The notes beneath the pieces are model-generated. The model was not told the origin of the DNA. It made no database searches and saw nothing but the letters and a program-made list of their open reading frames with translations. Positions 9,503-19,488 of a stretch of 64,000 bases of DNA are shown here, piece by piece (position 1 is the first letter of the stretch; every line of letters starts with the position of its first letter). Source of the DNA: Bdellovibrio sp. (lineage in GTDB: Bacteria; Bdellovibrionota; Bdellovibrionia; Bdellovibrionales; Bdellovibrionaceae); contig JAYTPD010000021.1 of the NCBI GenBank assembly GCA_043747435.1, positions 75,643 through 139,642 of the forward strand, read 5' to 3'. A program made the translations under genes and the position numbers.

Positions 9503-10744
9503 TTATTCTGCTTTTTTGAGTGGAGTTTTGTTCTCGTCTTGCAGCTCAAGATTAGCCATGGCTAAGCGAAGAGCTCGTGTGGTTCTTTTAAACGATTCTT
9601 GGCTGGATTCAATTTGTTTATTAAGCTCGACGCACTTTTGACGATAGCTGTCGACTTCCATCTGCATCGTGTCCATTTTTCTTCGGAGATCAAGAATTTG
9701 CTCATCTTTATTTTTCGATACCGCATTTTTTTCGGCCCGAACAAGTTCCAAACGATTTTCAAGTTCTCGTTCGCGAACTCGAATTTTTTTCATATCAAAC
9801 TTTAATCTAGATTCAAGCTCGTCAACTTTAAACTGTGTCTTTTGCAATTCGGCTTCTTTGCGATTCAAATGGTTTTTTAAAAGTGTCATTTCATTTTTAA
9901 AAGACTCTTCAAGTCCGTCGCGATCGTTCTTAAATTCAGTCACTTGTGATGTCAGTAAATCACAGCGCTCTTTAATAATTTCAGTTGCTGCTCTGAGTTG
10001 TTCATTGTGACGTCTTAGTTTTTCATTTTCATTTTCGAGATCTAATATTTTTTCTTGCGCCATTCGCAAGTTGTCAGCTTGACCTAAATTTCCTTCAACG
10101 TCTTTACCGCCCCAAGAAGCAAAACCTGCCGATCGACTTTGCTTTCCGACTGAGACTTTAACTTTATCATCAATGTTTTCTTCTGTTTTGATTTGAAAAC
10201 CAGTGACCGCCAAAGTTTTATCAGATTCACTCAGCCCCGTTGATGCTTGGGTTGCCATCGTCTTCACGTCAGAAAGTTGCTGATGGGTCGCCAAAGTCGA
10301 ATCATTTTTATCAAACAAACTAGGTGGGCTTGTTTCAATCGCGACCGTCCGATCATTATTTATTGACAGACTTGCTGCTGGCTGTGAGGGCGTGTTCACT
10401 TCAAGATTTAGAAGTTCAATTTTAGTTTTAAGATCTTGTGATCTTGGATTCGAATCGATTTGAGTCGCATCATAAAAATTTTTAGTCTGATCACTGAATG
10501 TATTATCTAAGGCGTGAGAGTCATAAGCTTGTTCTGATTTTAAGATATTCGTTTCTAGATTCAACATATCCGGACCATCGGACGAATGATCAATCACGGT
10601 TTCTAAATGCGAACTCATTTTTTGAGGCTCTTCTTCATCCTCAAGATGAAAAGCTTCAACGTCAGGCTTTTTGGACGGGCTTACATCATTAAGCAATGAT
10701 TCAATAAGTTCTTCGGCTGGTGTCTTTTTAGAGCTTGATGACAT
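9503..10744 (-). CDS. Coiled-coil protein of unknown function
   Basis: S/T/D-rich N-terminal half and a heptad-rich C-terminal half (LENENEKLRRHNEQLRAATE ...). It is the first gene of the phosphoesterase/GGDEF/PilZ operon. Confidence 0.5.
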   Translation of the reverse strand: MSSSSKKTPAEELIESLLNDVSPSKKPDVEAFHLEDEEEPQKMSSHLETVIDHSSDGPDMLNLETNILKSEQAYDSHALDNTFSDQTKNFYDATQIDSNPRSQDLKTKIELLNLEVNTPSQPAASLSINNDRTVAIETSPPSLFDKNDSTLATHQQLSDVKTMATQASTGLSESDKTLAVTGFQIKTEENIDDKVKVSVGKQSRSAGFASWGGKDVEGNLGQADNLRMAQEKILDLENENEKLRRHNEQLRAATEIIKERCDLLTSQVTEFKNDRDGLEESFKNEMTLLKNHLNRKEAELQKTQFKVDELESRLKFDMKKIRVRERELENRLELVRAEKNAVSKNKDEQILDLRRKMDTMQMEVDSYRQKCVELNKQIESSQESFKRTTRALRLAMANLELQDENKTPLKKAE

Positions 10745-10800
10745 GATTTACTTATCGGTTTTGAGACAGTAAAACTTAATCAATCAAGCCCACTCAAACG

Positions 10801-11706
10801 CTAAATCATCATTTTTTTTAAGTTGATCAATTGACTGTCGAACACTGACTTCTGGACTTTTGTCAGGGCATTCAAACTAAAGTCTTGGATCGTCTGACTG
10901 GACATCACTGTACCAGCTAAAGTCGCAAGCTTTAAATTTTCCCAAGTTGGTGTTCGATTATGAGACGACAATGTACCAAAAAAACCACCCGCGAAACTGT
11001 CACCAGCACCGGTCGGATCAATCACCGTTTCGATCGGAAGTGCGGGTACTTGGTAAAAACCATGTTCAGCACTGTACAAAGTCGAACCGTATTCACCCTT
11101 TTTTAAAACAACGTACTGTGGACCAAGTGCTGCGATATTTTTAATTGCGCGAATTGTATTTGAAGTTTGAGTCAGCATTTTGGCTTCAGTTTCATTAATA
11201 AAAACGATGTCGACTTTTTTTAGAACATTTTTGAGTTCTTCTTGTTTTGAGTTGATCCAAAAATTCATTGAGTCCATTCCTACAAATAAGGGCTTTTCAA
11301 CTTGCGAAAGCACTTGCAATTGCAGAGTTGGATCAATATTCGCTAAAAATACAAATTTCGAGTTACGGTAAGCTTCAGGCAAAGTTGGATTAAAGTGAGC
11401 AAAGACATTCAACTCAGTTTTTAAAGTGACCGCTTCATTGAGGTTTTGCTCGTAAGTTCCTTCCCAATGAAAGGTTTTTCCAGGAACTGTCTGAAGACCT
11501 GTTAAATCCACTTTTCGATTTAATAAAATTTGCTTATCAGCTTCTGAATAGTCTTCTCCGACGACTCCAACAACTCGAACATGTGAAAATAAGCTGGCTG
11601 CGACTGAAAAATAGTTTGCTGAGCCTCCTAAAGATTTTTCTGCTTTCCCTGATGGTGTCTTCACTGAATCATAAGCCAGACTACCCACGACTAAAACTTC
11701 GCTCAT
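10801..11706 (-). CDS. PfkB-family carbohydrate kinase
   Basis: N-terminal GSLAYD and the C-terminal PfkB signature DPTGAGDSFAGGF. Confidence 0.8.
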   Translation of the reverse strand: MSEVLVVGSLAYDSVKTPSGKAEKSLGGSANYFSVAASLFSHVRVVGVVGEDYSEADKQILLNRKVDLTGLQTVPGKTFHWEGTYEQNLNEAVTLKTELNVFAHFNPTLPEAYRNSKFVFLANIDPTLQLQVLSQVEKPLFVGMDSMNFWINSKQEELKNVLKKVDIVFINETEAKMLTQTSNTIRAIKNIAALGPQYVVLKKGEYGSTLYSAEHGFYQVPALPIETVIDPTGAGDSFAGGFFGTLSSHNRTPTWENLKLATLAGTVMSSQTIQDFSLNALTKVQKSVFDSQLINLKKMMI

Positions 11707-12820
11707 TTGTTCCTCCTATTTTTGAATTTGAAATATCCATTTTTTCTGGATGTTCGATTTTTACTTTTGTGGCCAACTGCCCGCAAGCTGCAAAGATGTC
11801 ACGCCCCATTGTGCGTCGAAGTAACACCTGTGCACCTAATCGCATAGCTTCCGTGTGAAATGCTTGAACTGTTTCGTCGTCAGGTCTTGTAAAGCCTGAT
11901 CCAGGATGTTCATTGAATGGAATCAGATTAATTTTGCAAGGGACATCACGCAATAACTTCACAAGTTCGCGAGCATGGGAAATTTGATCTGTTATTCCTT
12001 TTAATAAAACATACTCCATTGTGATTTTATCGCCAGTAGCACGGTAGTGTCTCTTACATTCTTCCAGTAAATCTTTGAGAGGGTATTTTTTATTGATCGG
12101 CATAACTTCAGAACGTACGGCATCATTGTATCCATTTAAGCTCACTGCTAAACGAACTTTAGCGTCTGCCACTCGATACATTTCGGGGATAAGGCCCGAC
12201 GTGGAAACCGTGATCTTTTTTCTAGAAAGATTCACACCCCAAGGAGAATGAATCACTTCTATTGAACCAAAAACAGCTTCCGAGTTATCTAAGGGCTCGC
12301 CCATTCCCATAAATACGATATTTGAAAGTTTTTGGTTTGTTTTTGCTAAAGAATCTTGAACCACCATAAACTGGCCGACGATTTCTTCCACTTTTAAACG
12401 ACGTTTAAGTTTTTGTTTTCCTGTAAAACAAAAGTGACAACCCATATTGCAACCGATTTCTGAGGAAACACATAAAGTCAGTCGGTCATCCGAAGGAATC
12501 ACAACGGCTTCAATTGAGTTACCGTCTTTCACATCAAATAAAAATTTCTGAGTTCCATCGACACTAATCAAATGTTTTAAAACTGCAGGTAATTCAAAAG
12601 TAATTAATTTTTTTAGTTCAGCACGAAGGTCTTTCGATAAGTTCAGCATAAGATCGAAGTCTGTGACCCGCTGATCATAAACCCACTTAAAAATTTGCTG
12701 AGCTCGAAATTTTTCTTTTCCGTACTGCTTAAGATAAGTTTCCAGTGATTCAAGAGTGAAGGAATAAAAATTTTTAACTTCTTCAGCCGTATCGGCTGAA
12801 GTGTGATCGGTAAGGTGCAT
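11681..12820 (-). CDS. rlmN: 23S rRNA/tRNA (adenine-C2)-methyltransferase RlmN (radical SAM)
   Basis: FRAQQIFKWVY N-terminus, CNMGCHFCFTG radical-SAM cluster, and GMGEPL, SLNG and ACGQL motifs. Confidence 0.9.
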   Translation of the reverse strand: MHLTDHTSADTAEEVKNFYSFTLESLETYLKQYGKEKFRAQQIFKWVYDQRVTDFDLMLNLSKDLRAELKKLITFELPAVLKHLISVDGTQKFLFDVKDGNSIEAVVIPSDDRLTLCVSSEIGCNMGCHFCFTGKQKLKRRLKVEEIVGQFMVVQDSLAKTNQKLSNIVFMGMGEPLDNSEAVFGSIEVIHSPWGVNLSRKKITVSTSGLIPEMYRVADAKVRLAVSLNGYNDAVRSEVMPINKKYPLKDLLEECKRHYRATGDKITMEYVLLKGITDQISHARELVKLLRDVPCKINLIPFNEHPGSGFTRPDDETVQAFHTEAMRLGAQVLLRRTMGRDIFAACGQLATKVKIEHPEKMDISNSKIGGTNERSFSRG

Positions 12821-12900
12821 CGAAGGCTCCCGTTTGTTTTGCTTATGACAGCGTTTAGGGCCACAAGCTACAAAAGAGAACTCAAAAAGTAAAGTCTTAG

Positions 12901-13938
12901 CTAAGGCTGACCCGTCGTTTTTATAGAAGTTATAAGCTCCGAGGCCTCACAAGGAACACAGCCGATTTTAGCAACGACAACACCTGCCGCAAAGTTTGCG
13001 ATCATACAAGCTTCACTAATTTCAAGGCCGGCCGAAATACCCAGGGCTAAAGCTGCAATCACCGTATCACCCGCCCCTGTCACATCAAAAACTTTGCGCG
13101 CAAAAGTCGGAACACGCTTCACATTATTTTCAGAAAAAATCGTCATTCCCAATTGACCTTGTGTCAAAACAACTTGCTTTGCTCCGGTCATTTTTTGTAA
13201 CGACTTTCCTACGTGCAGCACTCTTTCAGAAGCGTCTTCAATATGATCTTCGTGAATTTGTGTTAAAGCTAAAGCTTCATTGTAGTTGGGTTTTATTAAA
13301 TCGACACCTTTGTAAAATTCAGCAAATTTAGTTTGATGCGGATCAACCATCAGGAACTTATTATTTTTTTTTGCTAACGCCACAACTTTTTCAACTAAAG
13401 TCTGTGACAAAATTCCTTTGGCGTAGTCTTCTAAAACAATCACATCACAATCTTTGAGTTTTCTTTCAATCATATTCAATAATTTTGTTTCAGATTCTGT
13501 TGAAAGATTTTTTCGAATTTCGTGGTCAATGCGAACAAGGTGATGCTGACCTGACATCACGCGTGTTTTGCGGGTTGTCGGGCGATGCGAGTCGGCGACC
13601 AAGCCATCCGTTGAAACTTTTGATTTGTGCAATAGATTTTGTAAAATTTCAGAGCCTTCGTCAGTTCCTATAACAGAAACCAAATGCACTTGCCCGCCCA
13701 GGCTGACAACATTTTGAGCCACATTCGCGGCTAGGCCTAAACATTTGTCCTCTTGTTCAACTTCTAAAACAGGCACAGGCGCTTCAGGGCTAATGCGTTT
13801 AACGGAACCAAGAACATATTCGTCGACGCCAACATCGCCGATCACAAGAATTTTTTTATTTTTAAATAAAGAAATTTTTTCAATTAATGAGCTTCGCACG
13901 TTTGCATCGACGCTCAGTGTTTGAATCAAATTTGACAT
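12901..13938 (-). CDS. D-glycero-beta-D-manno-heptose-7-phosphate kinase (RfaE domain I type)
   Basis: VIGDVGVDEY ... RISPEAPVPVL and DVTGAGDTVIA, typical of the kinase domain of RfaE/HldA. Confidence 0.7.
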   Translation of the reverse strand: MSNLIQTLSVDANVRSSLIEKISLFKNKKILVIGDVGVDEYVLGSVKRISPEAPVPVLEVEQEDKCLGLAANVAQNVVSLGGQVHLVSVIGTDEGSEILQNLLHKSKVSTDGLVADSHRPTTRKTRVMSGQHHLVRIDHEIRKNLSTESETKLLNMIERKLKDCDVIVLEDYAKGILSQTLVEKVVALAKKNNKFLMVDPHQTKFAEFYKGVDLIKPNYNEALALTQIHEDHIEDASERVLHVGKSLQKMTGAKQVVLTQGQLGMTIFSENNVKRVPTFARKVFDVTGAGDTVIAALALGISAGLEISEACMIANFAAGVVVAKIGCVPCEASELITSIKTTGQP

Positions 13939-13967
13939 AGAAGGGTCTCCTGTAGCATGGGTAGTCT

Positions 13968-14786
13968 ATGCGATTTTCTTCTCAATATCAAAATCTAATC
14001 TATCAAGCTGACTATATTACGAAACAACAAAAAAATGATATTTTGAAATACTTAGGAACATTGCACCCGATTTGGGAAATGCGCTTTTCAAAATCAAACC
14101 CACCTCCAGCGGGAGAATCAAACAGAGCCCTCTTACGCCCGGTTTATTGGCTTGGAAACTGGCAATTTGCCTGTTTGAATTATTATCATCCGCCCCAAGG
14201 ATTGCAGAACCGCTGCGTTCAAGCCGAAAATTATCCTGAAGTTTTGGAAAAAATAATTTTTGAGATTGAGCAAATTGTACGGCAAAAATTTTCACCAAAA
14301 GATATTCCAGAAAAATGGCATCTGAACACCTGCTTGATTAATTTTTATGGTTATAAAATAACTGAATCCGAAAAAATCGATTGCGCTCGGGTTGGTGAAC
14401 ATAAAGATTTTGAACCGGGCCCTGTCGCATCGGTTTCTTTTGGAGAAAAAGCTTTATTTCAATTTGTTCGAAGTGCCGGTAAAGCCCAAAAAAGTGAAGT
14501 GGTTTTACAGCAGTGGTTAGAAGATTCAAGTTTACAAATTTTTGGTGGAGATAAGTTTAAAAAACAACTTTTTCATCGCGTTCAAAGAGTTGAAGATAAA
14601 GGAACTTTATTTGATCAATTGAACACGACTCATTTTGAAACCCGTCGTATTAATTTTACTTTTCGCTATGTGCCGACCGAACATATCAGACCGTATTCAA
14701 AATTACCAGCTCATTTACAAGACGACATCAAGTCTTATGTTGCAGAGCTTTCCAGTCAAAACCCTTACTGGAAAGCTGAACTCTAA
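13968..14786 (+). CDS. AlkB-like Fe(II)/2-oxoglutarate dioxygenase
   Basis: LINFYG ... GEHKDFE ... ASVSFGEKALFQF ... HRV ... RINFTFR is consistent with the HxD...H...R jelly-roll pattern. Confidence 0.6.
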   Translation: MRFSSQYQNLIYQADYITKQQKNDILKYLGTLHPIWEMRFSKSNPPPAGESNRALLRPVYWLGNWQFACLNYYHPPQGLQNRCVQAENYPEVLEKIIFEIEQIVRQKFSPKDIPEKWHLNTCLINFYGYKITESEKIDCARVGEHKDFEPGPVASVSFGEKALFQFVRSAGKAQKSEVVLQQWLEDSSLQIFGGDKFKKQLFHRVQRVEDKGTLFDQLNTTHFETRRINFTFRYVPTEHIRPYSKLPAHLQDDIKSYVAELSSQNPYWKAEL

Positions 14787-14789
14787 AAA

Positions 14790-16376
14790 TTACTGCTGGT
14801 TTAATAGTAATTCACCGACAATAGGTAAACTTAATAAGTTGCTCCAGAAGTTTTTACTGCTGTGTCGTGCTGCAATTTCAGAAGTAATTTGGTTACTTTC
14901 TACAACTGACAAATCTTGTTGAACTTTATCCTCACTGTTTGTTACATGCGTTTCTACATTCACCAATTTTGACGTCGCTAAAAATTCACTGATTCGGCTT
15001 CGAATGTCTTCGGTTGGATCAGATTTTTTTGTACCTTGAAGCCCAACAACAATTCCGACTTCGCTGTTTAAGTTTTGACTTCGATAGTCCCAATTGTAAG
15101 ATCCTATATAAGCTTTCGTGTTGTCCATCAAAACAATTTTAGCATGAAGAGTATCCAACGTTTTGGTAGAATTAATAATTTTTTGATCGGCACCTGTTAA
15201 AAATGCATTGCTGATATTATAATATTCGTAGATTTTTACATGCTGACCCGATTGAGCATTTTTGATATTCAACAGACGATCACGTGTTTTTAAATAACCT
15301 GATTGCGCAGATGGAACATCATTCGCATGAGTCGAATTTGTTATAAAGCGAACAGATACATCTTTTGTTTCGACTAAATACCTCACAAGTTGTTCCATTT
15401 CACGAGTTACAACCAAATAAGGTGTCACGATATAAAGATCTTTTTTTGTGTGATCCTTGATTGTGTCGTACAAAGTTTTACCTATATTGTACTCCGGATT
15501 TTTCCCTTTGCAGACAGAGTGGCTTGGATCATCGTGAATAAAAGTAATATCGTCTGTCTCGTAAGCTGTTTCAAAAGCTTTTAAAAGTGGGCGCTCAGAA
15601 ATTGTTTTTTCATTTTTAGCACTGACATCAGCGTAATGACGATCAAGAAGATCCATTTCAGATTTAATTTTGCGAACACTTTCTAAACGTTTATTTTCAC
15701 AGCTAAAAAAATCACCTTCACCTGAACTGCAGTACGAGTAATCAAGTTGGCTTGCTGAAAAATCATAAAGGTTAACAGCTTTAACATCAGATGAGTCCCA
15801 ACGTTTATTAAAGTACATTTCAGCTTCTTGAACAGATTTTGTTCCCTCGATCACGGCGTCTGTGCCTGCATAGGTAGGCAAAGACTGTTTGTTTTCGATT
15901 CCTGGAATTTGATAATATCCATTTGCAACATTTCGATCACCAACGATTAAATATTTTCCGTCTATAATTAAGGATTTATCGTGCATTCGTCGTGTGTAGC
16001 AAAACGGTCTAAAAATATTGAAGTTGTTAAACTCTTTGATTTGAATATTTTTTTGAGTGGTGCTGTCTAGACTATCTAACACAGCGGACATCAATTCGCG
16101 CGTCATCAGGTTATGCATTGAATCGACGATGATTCGAACTTGAGCTCCACGGCGTGCAGCTGCACGAAGCAGAGCTAAGCCCGAAATTGAAATATAATCG
16201 TGTTCGACAGTAAAGTATTGCACGTCAATTTTTTTTGCATGAGCCAAAAGCTCAACTCGCGCTTGTAAGGATTCAGCAGGTTTTTCTAAAACAATGATTT
16301 TATCGGCCAAGCTTGTCATGGCAAAAAAAATCATGGGCACTGTTATTTTAAGTAAAGCTTTGGTTAAAGTTGTCAC
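14790..16376 (-). CDS. Phospholipase D family protein (two HKD motifs), secreted
   Basis: HDKSLIIDGKYLIVGDRN and HAKIVLMDNTKAYIGSYNWDYRS, plus an N-terminal signal-like segment. Confidence 0.85.
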   Translation of the reverse strand: MTTLTKALLKITVPMIFFAMTSLADKIIVLEKPAESLQARVELLAHAKKIDVQYFTVEHDYISISGLALLRAAARRGAQVRIIVDSMHNLMTRELMSAVLDSLDSTTQKNIQIKEFNNFNIFRPFCYTRRMHDKSLIIDGKYLIVGDRNVANGYYQIPGIENKQSLPTYAGTDAVIEGTKSVQEAEMYFNKRWDSSDVKAVNLYDFSASQLDYSYCSSGEGDFFSCENKRLESVRKIKSEMDLLDRHYADVSAKNEKTISERPLLKAFETAYETDDITFIHDDPSHSVCKGKNPEYNIGKTLYDTIKDHTKKDLYIVTPYLVVTREMEQLVRYLVETKDVSVRFITNSTHANDVPSAQSGYLKTRDRLLNIKNAQSGQHVKIYEYYNISNAFLTGADQKIINSTKTLDTLHAKIVLMDNTKAYIGSYNWDYRSQNLNSEVGIVVGLQGTKKSDPTEDIRSRISEFLATSKLVNVETHVTNSEDKVQQDLSVVESNQITSEIAARHSSKNFWSNLLSLPIVGELLLNQQ

Positions 16377-16845
16377 AGCTATCCTCCGTCAAATTAAAAT
16401 TTCAAACAGTATGATGCAAACCCAACTCCAATTTGATTTAATCTTCACAATTTAGATTATGTCTTAGATTGAGACAGTCGAAATCGAATTTAAGATCTCT
16501 TAAACGAAATAAAGCTTGAACGAGTTCCATTTTTAAAATTTTTAAAAAATGCGTTGTTGAGTTAATTTAAAACTTGAGCTGTCGAACTTGCCCAAAATTG
16601 TCGTTCAAAAGCTATTCGAATCTCAAAACGACTTAAAAAGACTGACTAATTTTTTGACGTCGACCAATGTTTATCTATTTCATGTTTTTAGATGACTTAT
16701 TCTAATGAGTTAGAAGACTTAAAAAAATATAGAATGAAATTTAAACGACACATCGTCTTAGGTTGCGACGTTCTAAACGATGTTAAAAGTTTTGGCTGGT
16801 CTCATGTTTGATATGTTTTATAACGATAAGAGACCGGGGGATTTT

Positions 16846-18114
16846 ATGAAACTGCAGCAAAAGCATCGATCCTATTTAACATTATCAATCTTAGGTTTGT
16901 TGCTATTGTTTAATTTTCAGAATTGCGGCCAACCTGGCTCGATCAATGTTTCTAGTAAAGACGATGTCGTTGATCTTTCAACAAAAGATCCTGCCGTGGA
17001 TCCCGTGACAACGAAAGCGCCCGAGGCAGATTCAACAAACAACACAACCACATCGACAACAATCCCCGTTTCAACAATGCCCACACCTGTGTATAAAACT
17101 TTTGAAAAAACTTTGAGTGTGAATGAAACTTTAGGAAAAGTTGACGTTTTAGTCGTGATCGACAATTCAGGTTCGATGAATTACGAACAACTAAGTATGT
17201 CGAAAAGATTCGGATCTTTCATCGATAAATTGAAGGGTTTAGATTGGCAAGTTGGAATTGTCACAACAGACATGGATAAAGATACTGAACTGCGGGACGG
17301 ACGCCTTGTGAAATTTAATTCTTTGAATAAATATTTGATTTCATCGAGCGATGATTTAACTGCAGCTAAAAGCGCTTTCGCTGCAGCAATTCAACGCCCA
17401 GCTAACGAAGGATCTGGCCTTGAACAAGGAATCAAAGCGACTTACCGAGCTCTTGAAAGGTCTTCAAGTTCGGCAACTTTATCCGTAACCGTTTCCGGAG
17501 ATACAACCACTTATAAAAATAATAATATCGGACTTATTCGCGAAGGTGCTTCGCTTGCGGTGATCGTCGTCACCGACGCTGACGAAACTTCCGCTGTATC
17601 TTCAACGGGTGTTCAGCTTGCTGGCGATGAAAAAGTATTTACGGACAAAAACTTTCCAAAAAGTTTATTCAATTATGTTTCAACTCAGTACCCAGCAAAA
17701 CCTTTTAAATACAGTGGAATCATCGTTAAACCTGAAGACTCAGCTTGCCGCAGCAACAGAGCTTCATTCACAACAGCATCCGGCTCAACATTACAAAATT
17801 CAAACGAGGGCTATGGAGATCACTACAAGCAACTGATTGATCTGACTGGTGGCGTGATGGGCGACGTTTGCGCAACAGATTACGATTCTCAGCTAAAAAT
17901 TATAGGTCAGAATTCAACCGATGCAGTAAAAGATGTTTTACTTGATTGCGCTCCTGTAGATTCGGATAAAAACGGTCGGATTGATGTGGTTGTACAAGAT
18001 TTAATTTCTGGTGCAGAGCTTACAAACTATGTTGTGGCTGGAAATAAAATTACTTTTGACCAGCTATTGGCCGTCTCAAAATATAAAATTAATTACCGCT
18101 GCTTAGAAAAATAA
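16846..18114 (+). CDS. vWA-domain lipoprotein
   Basis: I prefer the ATG at 16846 (GGGGGA upstream). Lipobox FQNCG; MIDAS start VLVVIDNSGSM, later VIVVTDADE. Confidence 0.7.
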   Translation: MKLQQKHRSYLTLSILGLLLLFNFQNCGQPGSINVSSKDDVVDLSTKDPAVDPVTTKAPEADSTNNTTTSTTIPVSTMPTPVYKTFEKTLSVNETLGKVDVLVVIDNSGSMNYEQLSMSKRFGSFIDKLKGLDWQVGIVTTDMDKDTELRDGRLVKFNSLNKYLISSSDDLTAAKSAFAAAIQRPANEGSGLEQGIKATYRALERSSSSATLSVTVSGDTTTYKNNNIGLIREGASLAVIVVTDADETSAVSSTGVQLAGDEKVFTDKNFPKSLFNYVSTQYPAKPFKYSGIIVKPEDSACRSNRASFTTASGSTLQNSNEGYGDHYKQLIDLTGGVMGDVCATDYDSQLKIIGQNSTDAVKDVLLDCAPVDSDKNGRIDVVVQDLISGAELTNYVVAGNKITFDQLLAVSKYKINYRCLEK

Positions 18115-18116
18115 AT

Positions 18117-19439
18117 TTATTTAAGATCTAAACCCGCTTTGATCATTTTAACAATCGAAGTCCAATCATACGCTGTTGCTAAACCGCAATGAAGGCCCCG
18201 ATCTAATCGAACGTATTTCAAACCCTTGTAAAATCCCGGTTGCTTGCCTAAAAACAATCGCTCGGAATTAAGTCCATTAATCACCAGCGGATCATTTGGA
18301 GTTGTGTAAATCATCATTTTTAAATTGTCGCCCTTATAAAACGGCCAAAAGTTATTCAGCTCATCAAAACTTTTCGATTTTGAAATCAAGTTCATAAATG
18401 ACTCGGGCCATTTTAGTTTTGGATAAAGATTTTTTAATTCCGTCGAACTTAGAAGTGTTTGTTTGCGCTCTTCATTCAGAATTTTCAAAACCAAGGGCGT
18501 AAAACGGGGTTGAAAATCAAATAAACTTTTCCATGAGTTATACTTTGAAAATTGATCCGCATAATGATCCAAGAGCGCTTCCATGCGTTTTGAACTCCAT
18601 AGATCAACCAAGCTATTCTGCAAGCTTTTTTGGCTGTGATACTGAAAAGTCTCGGATAAATTAATCAACGGACAAAACTGAAGTGAAGATGAAATTTTTT
18701 GACCGTTCAATTGATCAAGCCAATTCGTTACAAAAACTCCTTGCCCGCCTAAACTGACCCCGATTAAATGAACTTCAGAAATCAGTTGTTTCATTTTTGA
18801 AGTCTGATCCATGAGTTCATTTAAAATTAAAAGAGTGTGAATCCCTTCTTCGATTCCACCAAATGAAAATTGTTTATTTTTTGCGATAAACGCATGGCTT
18901 GTTAAGCTTTCCAGAATTAAAAAGTTCGCATCTAAATCTTCATAGACCGCTTTGGCTATAAATCTTTCGGCTAAAAGCTCATCGACATTTCCGTGAATTC
19001 CCATGCGTAAGATAATTAACGGTCTTGCTTTCTTGAAATCGTGAATTCCAAAAAGGCCTCGGACTTGTAAAGTGGGACTTAAATGAAACCAAACTTTTCG
19101 AAAATACTGCGCATCAGTCACTTCAAATTGCACCGACAAATTTCGCATCAGCTGTGTCAAAATAAATGGTTTTGATGAATTATTCAGCTCATTATTTGTG
19201 GATTGTAAGACTTCTTTGCGCGGGTCCCAGCTGACTATTTTTGTGAGTAGATATTGAATAAAGCTTGGATAGCTTGATAAAACTTCGCCTTGGCCCGAGC
19301 CAAAGGGCTCGATCGCAATCATTTTTGAGCTTAACAAATCCCAGTTGATTTCGTCAGCTCGAGTCAATTCAATCGCGAAGCAGCTCGCAAAAATCCCTAA
19401 CACAACAAGACCGAAAAGAGTTTTTACTCGACAGTTCAT
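18117..19439 (-). CDS. Alpha/beta hydrolase-fold protein, secreted
   Basis: Signal peptide and a GxSxG nucleophile elbow (GVSLGG). Confidence 0.6.
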   Translation of the reverse strand: MNCRVKTLFGLVVLGIFASCFAIELTRADEINWDLLSSKMIAIEPFGSGQGEVLSSYPSFIQYLLTKIVSWDPRKEVLQSTNNELNNSSKPFILTQLMRNLSVQFEVTDAQYFRKVWFHLSPTLQVRGLFGIHDFKKARPLIILRMGIHGNVDELLAERFIAKAVYEDLDANFLILESLTSHAFIAKNKQFSFGGIEEGIHTLLILNELMDQTSKMKQLISEVHLIGVSLGGQGVFVTNWLDQLNGQKISSSLQFCPLINLSETFQYHSQKSLQNSLVDLWSSKRMEALLDHYADQFSKYNSWKSLFDFQPRFTPLVLKILNEERKQTLLSSTELKNLYPKLKWPESFMNLISKSKSFDELNNFWPFYKGDNLKMMIYTTPNDPLVINGLNSERLFLGKQPGFYKGLKYVRLDRGLHCGLATAYDWTSIVKMIKAGLDLK

Positions 19440-19488
19440 AGCCTTATTTCTACACTTGATTCCTATTACATTTAAGGAGTTTTTTTAT

